From the IMG/VR virus record IMGVR_UViG_3300020195_001417: DNA of 54,555 bases. One strand, given 5' to 3'. Under the pieces are notes generated by a model. It was not told where the DNA came from, did no database searches, and saw only the letters and a list, made by a program, of their open reading frames with translations. The first letter of the stretch is position 1. Each line of letters begins with the position of its first letter. Positions 20,019 through 29,387 of the stretch are shown piece after piece. The stretch comes from a virus. The position numbers and the translations under genes are program-made.

Positions 20019-20355
20019 TGGATACTGTCCGACAGACGGAATTCTACACGCACAGATTCAATCGCCAATGGTCGGCCTTCCTGCAAGAATCGCCTTCAAT
20101 AACAGACATACGCAAAAGATCAGCACTGGTTTGTCAGTCGAAGTTCCGGCTGGTTACAAACTTTGTATTGGCCTTGTTCCTAATCTTGCCGCCAAAGGCA
20201 TGGTTCTGGCAAATACTCCGGGCAATTTTACCAATGGTCCAGTAGAGGCCGTCTTGTTGAACGCCGGGCGAGAGATTGTTGAAGTCAACAACGGAGATCC
20301 AATCGTCACATTCTGGGTCGAAGAGATTGTGGAATTTGGATGGGAGTGCTCATGA
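19984..20355 (+). CDS. dUTPase-fold protein, divergent (motif III Asp and motif V absent)
   Basis: ISTGLSVEVPAGYKLCIGLVPNLAAKGMVLANTPGNFTNGPVEAVLLNAGREIVEVNNGDPIVTFWV aligns with dUTPase motifs II-IV. GNFTNGP replaces GxIDxDYRG. No C-terminal GFGS motif. Confidence 0.5.
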   Translation: MAKKKLPTLKCNGYCPTDGILHAQIQSPMVGLPARIAFNNRHTQKISTGLSVEVPAGYKLCIGLVPNLAAKGMVLANTPGNFTNGPVEAVLLNAGREIVEVNNGDPIVTFWVEEIVEFGWECS

Positions 20356-20945
20356 AAATAGCTGTATTGGTCAGTTTGGCGAGACAAGTCGAAGGCGAAT
20401 ATGTCTTTATGAATGTGCTTAGAGCACACACAGATCCAGACGTTCTAAAGCAACACTTGGCCGCAACAGATCTGCCAAAAACTGGCACATTTGGTGGCGT
20501 TGATTGCGTTATTGAATATGGCGTCTTCAAAGATATTGAAGTCGAGGGAGTGTAATGGAGTTTTGGATAGATCGTCGCATTCGACGACTGCACTTTGAGC
20601 TTTATTGTCATCCAAAAAAAGGAACAGACGACCCTGATTATCTAAGCAAGGTTGATGCTTGGAAAGAATTGAGATGTCCTAGAAAAACTCTGGAAGAGAA
20701 GAAGTTATTTCTTGACAGTATCCTTATCCACCAAATCGACACTGATTCTGGTAATCCCACCATCTAGCTTTTCCACTCTGATTAAGCTGGCTATTGCCAG
20801 AACTTTGTCAATCAGGTCTTTATCGAACAATCTAAAGGCGTCGTAGATGCCTTGAGCTTCAACTGTTGTTGCTTCTTTAACTTCGATTTCCATGAGTTTT
20901 TCCTCCGCACACTATGTTATCTTATCTATGATTTGGAGACCATAA

Positions 20946-21671
20946 ATGACACAACCACACAATCCTTTGGAGTCCGCCTCACCGCCAGAGCTTACAATCA
21001 ATCTCAATGATGGCAGCAATGAGCAAGTTACCATCGTCGTGATCAATCATGACAAGCCAGAATATCTCAACATTTGTCTGCAATCTATTCATGTTTGCAG
21101 CCATCTCAACAACTATGAAGTTGTGGTCGTTGACAACAATTCTGGCCCAGAGACTCAAGAATATCTTGATGTTCTTCAAGACGAAGGCATCAAAGTTGTG
21201 CGTAACTCCACGAATCGTTACTGGTCAGCAGCTTGCAACCAAGGTGTTTCTATCGCCGACCCCAACTCTAGTTACTTCATTTTTCTGCACGCTGATACGG
21301 TAATTATGAATCCGGCGTGGATCGACGTACTGGTAAACATCTCAGCATCTAAGGGTGCTGGCATTGTTGGAACCAGCTTGGCTGAATACTACATCCAGAA
21401 GCAAAAGGTGCAGTTCATTCAGGAGTGGTGCATGTTGATGAGCCGACGTTGCTGGAACGACTGTGGACCTTGGCCAGAAGAACTCCCATTGGTCGGGATG
21501 TCATTCATCATGACTTTACGTGCTCAAATGAAGGGACACAAGCCACAGGCTACAGGGAACCAGATTGCTCATCACTACAAGGCGTTCTCCATGGACCCTA
21601 GCGAATATGAGAAGATCAGTGAGAAGGCTATGGCCAGCTTGCCAAAATTGATGCAGCAGATTCAGTCTTAA
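20946..21671 (+). CDS. glycosyltransferase family 2
   Basis: VTIVVINHDKPEYLNICLQSI..YEVVVVDNNSGPET..FLHADTV (GT2 N-terminal fold, DxD-like). Confidence 0.6.
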   Translation: MTQPHNPLESASPPELTINLNDGSNEQVTIVVINHDKPEYLNICLQSIHVCSHLNNYEVVVVDNNSGPETQEYLDVLQDEGIKVVRNSTNRYWSAACNQGVSIADPNSSYFIFLHADTVIMNPAWIDVLVNISASKGAGIVGTSLAEYYIQKQKVQFIQEWCMLMSRRCWNDCGPWPEELPLVGMSFIMTLRAQMKGHKPQATGNQIAHHYKAFSMDPSEYEKISEKAMASLPKLMQQIQS

Positions 21672-22435
21672 TCGCCGATGTAGGCTTTGATCTTAACAGG
21701 CTTCCAGATTTTGAAATCCACAGTGTGAGATTGTCCGCTGTGGATTTTTTGTTGTTCTTCTGGAGGGGCGGAAAATTTCGTCAGATACGAATATAGACGA
21801 TGCCACCCTTCTTGCATTTTGAATTTGTCACCATCACGGATCATAATGATTGGTTCGTTGCTGCCTTCTCCACGTTCTCCAGCTAAAGCTGTTTGCATCT
21901 TCATCCTTTCATCATGGTTTTTGACGCCCTTAGAAAGAGATGGTGATGAGCCGAATTGATGGCTCAAAAATGAGTCAATGGTGTCTTGTGTGAAATTCAG
22001 TGGATGGACTTCGACAACTTGTAGTTTCCAGTTGTTTTTGTCAGCGATTGAGGACACTGCACCGTCTTTGAACATATCGCTCAAACTACTATAAGTTGGT
22101 TTCCTTGGATCATTTTGTTGTTGCGGCGTATAGATCATTGTCTGCTGCAAAGCCTGAAGTTTCGGATGAACTGGATCTTGTCCAATAGTGTTGCTTTTGG
22201 CAACAACAGTATTTCTCCATAATGGTGAAACTCTGTTTTGCAGAACTTGTTTTGCAACGTACTTAGGCAAGTTTGGATGGTTCTGTTGGAACTGCCGAGC
22301 AAGGCCCTTGTTTATTTCGGTTACTATCCAGTCTTTGAATCTCATTGTGGCAAGTTCTTTATGAATTCCATCCATTCTGGTTTGTAATATGTTACGATCT
22401 TGTGTTTTGCGTAATAACAAGCGTAGCTCATACAA
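21668..22435 (-). CDS. hypothetical protein
   Basis: ORF only, 255 aa. Confidence 0.45.
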   Translation of the reverse strand: MYELRLLLRKTQDRNILQTRMDGIHKELATMRFKDWIVTEINKGLARQFQQNHPNLPKYVAKQVLQNRVSPLWRNTVVAKSNTIGQDPVHPKLQALQQTMIYTPQQQNDPRKPTYSSLSDMFKDGAVSSIADKNNWKLQVVEVHPLNFTQDTIDSFLSHQFGSSPSLSKGVKNHDERMKMQTALAGERGEGSNEPIIMIRDGDKFKMQEGWHRLYSYLTKFSAPPEEQQKIHSGQSHTVDFKIWKPVKIKAYIGD

Positions 22436-22839
22436 AACAGTTCTTCAGGGTTTTGATTAAGTGAGTCGTTGTTTTGATCTTCAGGGGTCTGCTTCGTATT
22501 TTTGACGACATGGAACCACTGTTGTTTCAATTGAGGCGGCAATCGCTCCCAGACTGTGTGGGCGATTTCATGCAGAGAAGTGAATTCTCGGCCATAGTTC
22601 CATGGGGCAGCTACAGCGATTTCTTTCTCATAGTTGTCCATATACCCGACATGTTTGTCGTCACCGCTCAGTGTGTTTCCGCCTTGAAACTTCCAAGAGA
22701 AATCCTTGACTGTGTTTCTGTGTGAAGGTGGAAGTTTGCTGAGAGTTTTGAGAATGTCGTCTTTCTCCTCTCCCATGCTGGCATCTGACTCTATGTAATC
22801 TCTGAATCTCATGTGGATATTTAGCTGGCAGTAAATCAA
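22342..22839 (-). CDS. hypothetical protein with HExxH motif (LHEIAHTVW), possible small metallopeptidase
   Basis: motif only; overlaps the downstream minus-strand ORF so true start may be later. Confidence 0.25.
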   Translation of the reverse strand: MIYCQLNIHMRFRDYIESDASMGEEKDDILKTLSKLPPSHRNTVKDFSWKFQGGNTLSGDDKHVGYMDNYEKEIAVAAPWNYGREFTSLHEIAHTVWERLPPQLKQQWFHVVKNTKQTPEDQNNDSLNQNPEELFCMSYACYYAKHKIVTYYKPEWMEFIKNLPQ

Positions 22840-23125
22840 TTTCTTTCATATAATGTTTGGTGAGCACTCGCTTAGTCCAATGATGACTTAAAACCCGTCG
22901 TCACCCAGCGAAAACGGGAGGGTTTGGTTGCGTGTCCCCCAGAAAAAACGTAGACAGTTGAGGCTGGTCTGCAAAATCGGCTAATTCCTAAAGAAGATTT
23001 CCATTGATGGATCAAGTTTGGGAGGGGAATGCCTTAGAAATCGTTGCATCTGCAAATGTTGATATGCAGATCCAAACCCAGTCTGGTGACGATTCTTTGG
23101 TTCAGCAGCTTGATTATCAAGTGTG

Positions 23126-23153
23126 TTTGTAAATGGTGGGTGTCACCTATAAT
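23126..23153 (+). promoter_or_regulatory. sigma70-like promoter (TTTGTA/TTGTAA -35, TATAAT -10) in divergent intergenic region
   Basis: hexamers read from sequence; 15-16 nt spacer. Confidence 0.3.
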
Positions 23154-23184
23154 CCAAACACGCCATTTCGTGGAAGAAATCTTT

Positions 23185-23216
23185 CCCACCGAGATCTCTA
23201 TCTCGGTGGGTTTTTT
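23185..23216 (+). terminator. rho-independent terminator-like hairpin (CCCACCGAGAT-CTCT-ATCTCGGTGGG + T6) located only ~30 nt after the TATAAT box and 45 nt before phoH ATG
   Basis: perfect 11-bp stem followed by TTTTTT. Confidence 0.5.
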
Positions 23217-23261
23217 ATTGATTGTCATTCTCCTAAATACATAAACCTCTAAAGGAGAAAT

Positions 23262-25031
23262 ATGGCTAGAACATCAAAAACAACCTCGACCCGTGCCCCT
23301 CGTGTTACTCGTGCTGCCAAAGAAGAATCTTCTCGCAAGCAGCCGACTGGCAATGGCAGCTTTCACATCGAATTCAAGAATCAAGCTCAGGGTCTTGCTT
23401 GGGCTGCTTTCAAGCAGCACGATGTGCTCTTTTTAACCGGCCCAGCCGGTACTGGTAAGACTCACCTTGCTTGTGCTTTTGCCATTGAGCAAATTCTTAC
23501 CAAAGAAAAGAAGAGAATCATCATGACACGTCCAGTTGTTGAAGCTGGAGAATCTCTTGGGTTCCTCCCCGGTACATTCGAGGAGAAAATCGACCCATAC
23601 ATGATGCCAATGTATGACTGCATGGATAAATTGGTAGGAAAGGAAGGTCCGTGGAGAGACAAGATCAACTATGCCATGGAGGCCGCTCCTTTGGCTTACA
23701 TGCGAGGCCGTGCGATTATTAACACAGAGTTGATCCCAACTCCAACAGGAATGAAACCAATGGGAAGCATTCAAGTCGGTGATTTGGTTATTGGAAGTGA
23801 TGGATATCCAACAAAAGTTATCGGTGTGTTTCCGCAAGGGACAAAACCTGTTTTTGAAGTCAAATTTTCTGATAAAACAAAAAGTGTATGTTCTGGAGAT
23901 CACCTTTGGAACACGATGACATTAAATGAAAAACGACACGGCAAGGGCTATACCACAAAAAACACTTTTGAAATTAAAGAAAATGTAAAAAACAAACATA
24001 ATCAAAAAGTTCATAGAATTCCGATAGTTTCTGGAGTTGTTCAATTTGAATCTCAACATATAAAAATAGATCCTTATTTGTTGGGGGTTTTACTGGGAGA
24101 TGGACATATTCGTAAAGGAGCCGTCAGAATTACATCTGTTGATGAGGAGATTTTGACAGAGTGCGAACAAAGAATTCCTGTTGGATTGAAGTTGAAGAAA
24201 AGAACTGGTTGCGATTATGCAATTGTGTCTGAAAATAAAAACAATCAGCTTCTTAAAATGCTTTATGAGCTTGAGTTGGTTGGTTCAAAATCCAATACAA
24301 AGTTTATACCAGAAATTTATAAGTTTAACAGTGCAGAGGTAAGACTGTCTGTTTTACAAGGATTATTGGACACAGATGGATGGATTTGTAAACATAGATC
24401 AGGAAATTGCAGAATCCAATATTGTTCTACATCCAAGCAATTAGCAGATGATGTTATGTTTGTCGTGAGATCTTTGGGCGGACATGCTTATTGCAACAAA
24501 AGAGAATTTGATGAAAAAGACGATCATCAATACAAGGAACATATCATTAGACATGTTAATCCATCTTATGTTGTTGATATTGTTATGCCTGTGAATCCAT
24601 TCAAATTAGACAGGAAGGCTAAACAGTATGGTGACAGTAAAATTTCTGTTAAATTGATTTCTAGTGTTGAAGAGGCCGGAGAGGCGGAATGTACTTGCAT
24701 ACAAGTTGAAGCAAAAGATCATTTGTACCTAACGAATGATTTTATTGTTACTCATAACACCTTTGACGATGCCATTTGCATCTTCGATGAGGCCCAGAAC
24801 GCATCCATGATGCAACTCAAGTTGTTCATGACCAGATTTGGCGAGAACAGCAAGCTCATCATTACTGGAGACCCAAGTCAGAGCGACTTGGCTGGCAGGG
24901 TGGCTTTAGTAGATGTTATGACCAGATTGCATTCCGTCGATGGAATCGGCATCGTAGAATTCAAGCCATCTCAAATCGTCAGACATCCGTTGATTTCCAA
25001 GATCATCGAAAAACTAGAACCGCAATCATAA
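23262..25031 (+). CDS. phoH: PhoH-like ATPase interrupted by an intein
   Basis: N-extein LTGPAGTGKTHLA (Walker A) ..TRPVVEAGESLGFLPGTFEEKIDPY..AYMRGR. C-extein TFDDAICIFDEAQNAS..LFMTRFGENSKLIITGDPSQSDL. Exteins total ~240 aa, matching intact PhoH. Confidence 0.85.
   Translation: MARTSKTTSTRAPRVTRAAKEESSRKQPTGNGSFHIEFKNQAQGLAWAAFKQHDVLFLTGPAGTGKTHLACAFAIEQILTKEKKRIIMTRPVVEAGESLGFLPGTFEEKIDPYMMPMYDCMDKLVGKEGPWRDKINYAMEAAPLAYMRGRAIINTELIPTPTGMKPMGSIQVGDLVIGSDGYPTKVIGVFPQGTKPVFEVKFSDKTKSVCSGDHLWNTMTLNEKRHGKGYTTKNTFEIKENVKNKHNQKVHRIPIVSGVVQFESQHIKIDPYLLGVLLGDGHIRKGAVRITSVDEEILTECEQRIPVGLKLKKRTGCDYAIVSENKNNQLLKMLYELELVGSKSNTKFIPEIYKFNSAEVRLSVLQGLLDTDGWICKHRSGNCRIQYCSTSKQLADDVMFVVRSLGGHAYCNKREFDEKDDHQYKEHIIRHVNPSYVVDIVMPVNPFKLDRKAKQYGDSKISVKLISSVEEAGEAECTCIQVEAKDHLYLTNDFIVTHNTFDDAICIFDEAQNASMMQLKLFMTRFGENSKLIITGDPSQSDLAGRVALVDVMTRLHSVDGIGIVEFKPSQIVRHPLISKIIEKLEPQS
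23712..24758 (+). other. intein (349 aa) with LAGLIDADG homing-endonuclease domain inserted after PhoH AYMRGR; first residue Ala, last residues HN, +1 Thr
   Basis: two dodecapeptide motifs LLGVLLGDGHI and LQGLLDTDGWI; C-terminal FIVTHN|T; extein junction reconstitutes conserved PhoH AYMRGRT..DEAQN block. Confidence 0.75.
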
Positions 25032-25045
25032 AGTAAAAGGACAAG

Positions 25046-28036
25046 ATGCCGTCAACATTTGATGAAACAGCACTGGGCGGAGTCATTACAAGTGGCTCTT
25101 CGCTATACGCAATTGCATCCAGACGAACTGCGTCTGGAGGTGCGGTTACGGGCGGTTCTGTAAGAATAATTCTTAGAACAAGCAAAACTGGTTCTGGCGG
25201 TACTATCACCGGTGGCTCAGCGTCTGTTTCTATCATTCGTAGCAACATCGTTTCTGGCGGAGTCAAGACTGGCGGCGTTGCTGTTCGTAAGATGTACACA
25301 TTTAACACCGCTTCTGGTGGATCAGTCACAGGCGGTGCGTCCAGAAGCGGTGTATTCATCCGAGGTCATGGCGGTGCCATTACTGGTGGACTTTCTTTAG
25401 TCGTAATTGGTTTTATTGCTAGTGGCGGAATGATCACAGGAGGGTCTGGGGCACAGACATTCTTCGATTACGAAAGAGGCAATGGAGGAGTGGTTGTTGG
25501 TGGAGCAAGCATCAACAATCAACAGAGATTCTACAGATACAGTTCAACTGGCGGGATTGTTGTTAGTGGCTTAGCAGACTATGGCATACCAACCAGACGA
25601 TACAACGCCACAAGCGGAATTCAGATCGGTGGAACTGCCAGCCAAAATTTGGTATTCCACTTGGATTTTGGATTTAAGTGGAACATCAATGCGAGAATCC
25701 ACAATGATACCACATTCTTGTGGAACACAGGTCTGCTCATCAATTATTGGTATCGTATCATTGGCAAAGACAAATGCAATCATGATCCTTGCTGTCAGAG
25801 ATACATTCTAAATGTTCATGCTCGTTCGCCAAGTGAACTTTGTGGAAAGCTTGTTAACAGAAGATACAATTTCACAATCGAAAGTGCCCAACGGTTCATA
25901 ATGCCAGCAGATAATGCTGAAGTAAAACTTCAGGAAGCTGATGGTCAGAACTTTGAATGTAACACATGGGTTCCAATTGACCTGTGCAGCATACCTTTGT
26001 GTGAAGAGTTCTGTGTCAATTATGATCTTGTAGAAGATATGTCATTCGACATCATATTCAATCAAGTTAATGGGGATCACAATTACGAAGCAAGCGATGG
26101 CGTGTACATCACTGGATCTGCAATCACACATTACAGCAGAATTCTTCCAAGCTATTCATACGAGGCCGATGGCGGCATCATTATAGAAGGAGAGTCTCCA
26201 ACTAAATCTAGTGGATTCAATTGTGTGGCTACTGGCGGGATTGCCATGGGAGGAACGCCATATCTGAGATCCACAAGTTGGCATTTCATTGGCGGACAAT
26301 GGCCAAACACATCCAGAGTAAGAACTGGAGAACAAACTGAAAGTTTGCCAGAGCTATTGACCGATCAGGTTTGGAGTCTCACAGATCGTGTTATCAAACA
26401 AGACAACTTGTTCTCTTCATCCGATATCAGTTATGGTCGCACAAGTCAATTCTTGATTGTAAGAGGGTTCGATTTCGATGTTCCAGATGACAGCACTATA
26501 TTGCATGTCTATGTGACTGTTGGAAGGAAAGCCAATCAATTGTCTGTAAGAGACTTAGAAGTTTACATTCTAAATGGCGATGAGATCATTTCAGAAAATA
26601 AAGCCAAGAATGTAGATTGGCCATATCTGATTGAATCTCAAACAACCTATGACTTCACAGATGATTTCGATGTTTCTGATATCAATGATTATAACATTGG
26701 ATTTGCTTTGAGGGTGAAGGCGTTTGGGGTAACACCTTCGACTATTGCATCTGTTGATGGCGTCATGGTTGAAGTGATTTACGAAGATACATCGAATCAG
26801 AAGGTCAGAATTTCTGGAACTGCTGGAGTTGTTTCTTCTGCTTATAGTTGGGTTGGTTCAGGCGGAATCGACGTTAGTGGCACCACAACGGTCAGGCAGG
26901 GATTCAAGTACAAGCCAAATGGTGTTGGAATTACAGTCGGCGGACAGTATGAATCTGGTCTTGTCTATGAGGCTGTTGGCGGCATTCTGGTTGAAGGAAG
27001 TGCTGATGCACGACCAAGCTTCCAAGAGATCACAGCTTCTGGCGGCATGAAGACTGGCGGCGAGGGAATTGCCAAACCATACTTTGAACTTGGTTACGGC
27101 AGTTCAATGGCAGGCGGAACAGCAAGAAACAATTTGATCAACAAGATTTCTGGGACAGGAGGATGTATTGTTTCAGGGAAAGGCAAATCGCCATCTGCCG
27201 GTATATTCAGCGTTGTCGCTGAGGGCGGCATCACTATGGGTGGAGATGCTGGCAGAAAGACACAGAATTGGAAGTATTATCCAAGCGGAAATATCGTGTT
27301 TGTCTTGGGAGGGGCTGATTATCATTCAAGCAATTTGGGTGAATACACAGAGAGTGCTGAGTTCGACATGACTGTTGATGGAATATTGGTTGAATTCGAT
27401 TCAGACAAAGACCTGCATGACGCCAAGGGCGTTGTTGAGATGTTGTCACGTTGTGGTTGTGGCGACATCCCTTTGACGTTGAACTTGGAACAGTTGATTG
27501 CCAAAGACAACAACTTTGCCAAGTTCTTGGTGAGGAATAGTTTGACAATTTCCAGCAGGCTCACGATGCAGTACAACCTTCCAAACGACTCTTGGCAAAC
27601 AAACTTGCATTACACTGGATTGTCAGCCGACACAAATACACGTGAATCTTGGAATGTGGTGTTTGACATTCAGTGTACGCAGACGCTGGGCGGAATTTTT
27701 ATCGGTCGCCAGATTTGGAAACTAGGGATGGAAGTTGTGAGAAAGAATTTGAATACAGGAAATTCTTTCTCGACAAGAGTTGTGGTGGGTGTTTTGCCAG
27801 ATCAAATCTGTGCTGCAAATGAACTCAAATTCAAGGTTACTCTGGATACACAGACTGGAATGACAGAAATTTCTCCAGTGGCCACAATTTATCAATCAGT
27901 TCTTTATGATGACATCGGCATGTTTAAGAACCAAGCTTGGATCACTTCTCCAAACCTAATATTCACAGTCTCACAATCTGGGTTAGATGTCATTCAAAAT
28001 AGAATTGACCTTACATCAGATGTTTTGGTATCATAA
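25046..28036 (+). CDS. large repetitive protein (996 aa), >20 copies of ~20-aa xSGGxxTGGx repeat plus Cys-rich central region; putative structural/fibre protein
   Basis: repeats TASGGAVTGGS, TGSGGTITGGS, VSGGVKTGG, ASGGMITGGS, ATGGIAMGGTP, ASGGMKTGGEG etc. clustered at aa 1-200 and 590-750. Confidence 0.4.
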   Translation: MPSTFDETALGGVITSGSSLYAIASRRTASGGAVTGGSVRIILRTSKTGSGGTITGGSASVSIIRSNIVSGGVKTGGVAVRKMYTFNTASGGSVTGGASRSGVFIRGHGGAITGGLSLVVIGFIASGGMITGGSGAQTFFDYERGNGGVVVGGASINNQQRFYRYSSTGGIVVSGLADYGIPTRRYNATSGIQIGGTASQNLVFHLDFGFKWNINARIHNDTTFLWNTGLLINYWYRIIGKDKCNHDPCCQRYILNVHARSPSELCGKLVNRRYNFTIESAQRFIMPADNAEVKLQEADGQNFECNTWVPIDLCSIPLCEEFCVNYDLVEDMSFDIIFNQVNGDHNYEASDGVYITGSAITHYSRILPSYSYEADGGIIIEGESPTKSSGFNCVATGGIAMGGTPYLRSTSWHFIGGQWPNTSRVRTGEQTESLPELLTDQVWSLTDRVIKQDNLFSSSDISYGRTSQFLIVRGFDFDVPDDSTILHVYVTVGRKANQLSVRDLEVYILNGDEIISENKAKNVDWPYLIESQTTYDFTDDFDVSDINDYNIGFALRVKAFGVTPSTIASVDGVMVEVIYEDTSNQKVRISGTAGVVSSAYSWVGSGGIDVSGTTTVRQGFKYKPNGVGITVGGQYESGLVYEAVGGILVEGSADARPSFQEITASGGMKTGGEGIAKPYFELGYGSSMAGGTARNNLINKISGTGGCIVSGKGKSPSAGIFSVVAEGGITMGGDAGRKTQNWKYYPSGNIVFVLGGADYHSSNLGEYTESAEFDMTVDGILVEFDSDKDLHDAKGVVEMLSRCGCGDIPLTLNLEQLIAKDNNFAKFLVRNSLTISSRLTMQYNLPNDSWQTNLHYTGLSADTNTRESWNVVFDIQCTQTLGGIFIGRQIWKLGMEVVRKNLNTGNSFSTRVVVGVLPDQICAANELKFKVTLDTQTGMTEISPVATIYQSVLYDDIGMFKNQAWITSPNLIFTVSQSGLDVIQNRIDLTSDVLVS

Positions 28037-28050
28037 CCTCATGGAAACTC

Positions 28051-28328
28051 TTGTAGGCATCATCTTAGTCATCTCAGCTTTCAACGCAATCATGTTGGTT
28101 GTGATCGGATCGGCTTTGTCAAAATTGATTCGAGAAACAGAGACAGAGGAAGAATTTGATATTCCTCAAAAGGCACCAAAGTCATCAAAGCAGATGATTG
28201 ATTTGCCGGTCGTTGGTCCGCCAACTTATGATATGGCAGTATTTGATGGCAAGGCTGAACCATACACGGATGGTATGGAACGACGGCTCACACCCATAAA
28301 GAACTGGGACGGGATAAGCCAGCAGTAA
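28051..28328 (+). CDS. small membrane protein
   Basis: TM helix METLVGIILVISAFNAIMLVVIGSAL. Confidence 0.35.
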
Positions 28329-28339
28329 ACGAGGCAGGG

Positions 28340-29311
28340 ATGCAAGTCATATTCAAAAAAACTCCGTACACAAGAAAGTTTGGAGTCGAGCTTGAGGTAT
28401 CTCCAGATGTTCACAAGACAAAAATCGGAACTCTAATTGAAGATTTCGAGTTGTATTATGGCACTGGCAGAACTGTGAAAGTCACGCCCGGAGTCAACGG
28501 GTGGGACATAACAAACGCCAACAATTACTGGCACGTCAAGTACGATTCGACATGTGGTCCGCTCGGCAAGCCCCATGATTCTGGGTGGGAAATCGCATCT
28601 TTCATTGGTCGCACAGAAGAGGATTTGGAGATTATTTCTGGTGTTGGCGAGTATCTTGCCGACAGCGGAGTCTCCACCAACAGAAACTGTGGATATCACA
28701 TCCACATTGATGTCTCGGATTTCACTCCAGACAGAATGGCAGTTCTTATCGCCAGATGGTTAAAGATCGAATTCTCCGTGATGTCAGCATGTCCTCCACG
28801 AAGGATCAATAATCCTCATTGTCAATTCCTGAATCTCAGGAAAATTACAGAAAATGCCTATTACAATCCAGAACGTCTGGAGGATTTCTGGAATCGGATG
28901 GCTCCCAACAACCTTGGTGCCCACGATAACCCAGACAAACGATACACAGTCAACACAATTGGCTACAGGAACGGTCAATTCAATCCCGGATACTCTCGCA
29001 AAACCGTGGAGTTTAGGTTCCCGGAATGTTTGTTGGACAAGAAGCATATCGCCAATTGGGTGATGATCTTGTTGTGTTTTGTGGATGACTGCTACAACAC
29101 GACAGTAGCCCCCAAAAACATCCAAAAATCTCAATCATTGACTGAATCTCTACAACTTCTAGGACTGCAAGGCGATGAGAATTTCTATCTCTTAGAAGAA
29201 AAACTTTGTGATGCAAAGATGTGGTTCTTGCAGAAGATAAAAGAAGAATGCAGTAACTCCTCTTATGCAAAAGAGGCAGAAGATTTGCTTGCTTTTATCC
29301 TCACAATCTGA
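28340..29311 (+). CDS. glutamine-synthetase-fold carboxylate-amine ligase (amidoligase/YbdK-GCS2-like) candidate
   Basis: N-terminal FGVELEV (GS-fold beta-strand E-x-E), CGYHIHID (HxH), TVEFRFPE (R..E) in the order seen in GCS2/amidoligase families. Confidence 0.4.
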   Translation: MQVIFKKTPYTRKFGVELEVSPDVHKTKIGTLIEDFELYYGTGRTVKVTPGVNGWDITNANNYWHVKYDSTCGPLGKPHDSGWEIASFIGRTEEDLEIISGVGEYLADSGVSTNRNCGYHIHIDVSDFTPDRMAVLIARWLKIEFSVMSACPPRRINNPHCQFLNLRKITENAYYNPERLEDFWNRMAPNNLGAHDNPDKRYTVNTIGYRNGQFNPGYSRKTVEFRFPECLLDKKHIANWVMILLCFVDDCYNTTVAPKNIQKSQSLTESLQLLGLQGDENFYLLEEKLCDAKMWFLQKIKEECSNSSYAKEAEDLLAFILTI

Positions 29312-29387
29312 TATATACTGTAACTTACAAACTACTTTAAGTAAAGCGTTTACGCTTACTTTACATTTACAGAATTACGGAGTTACC

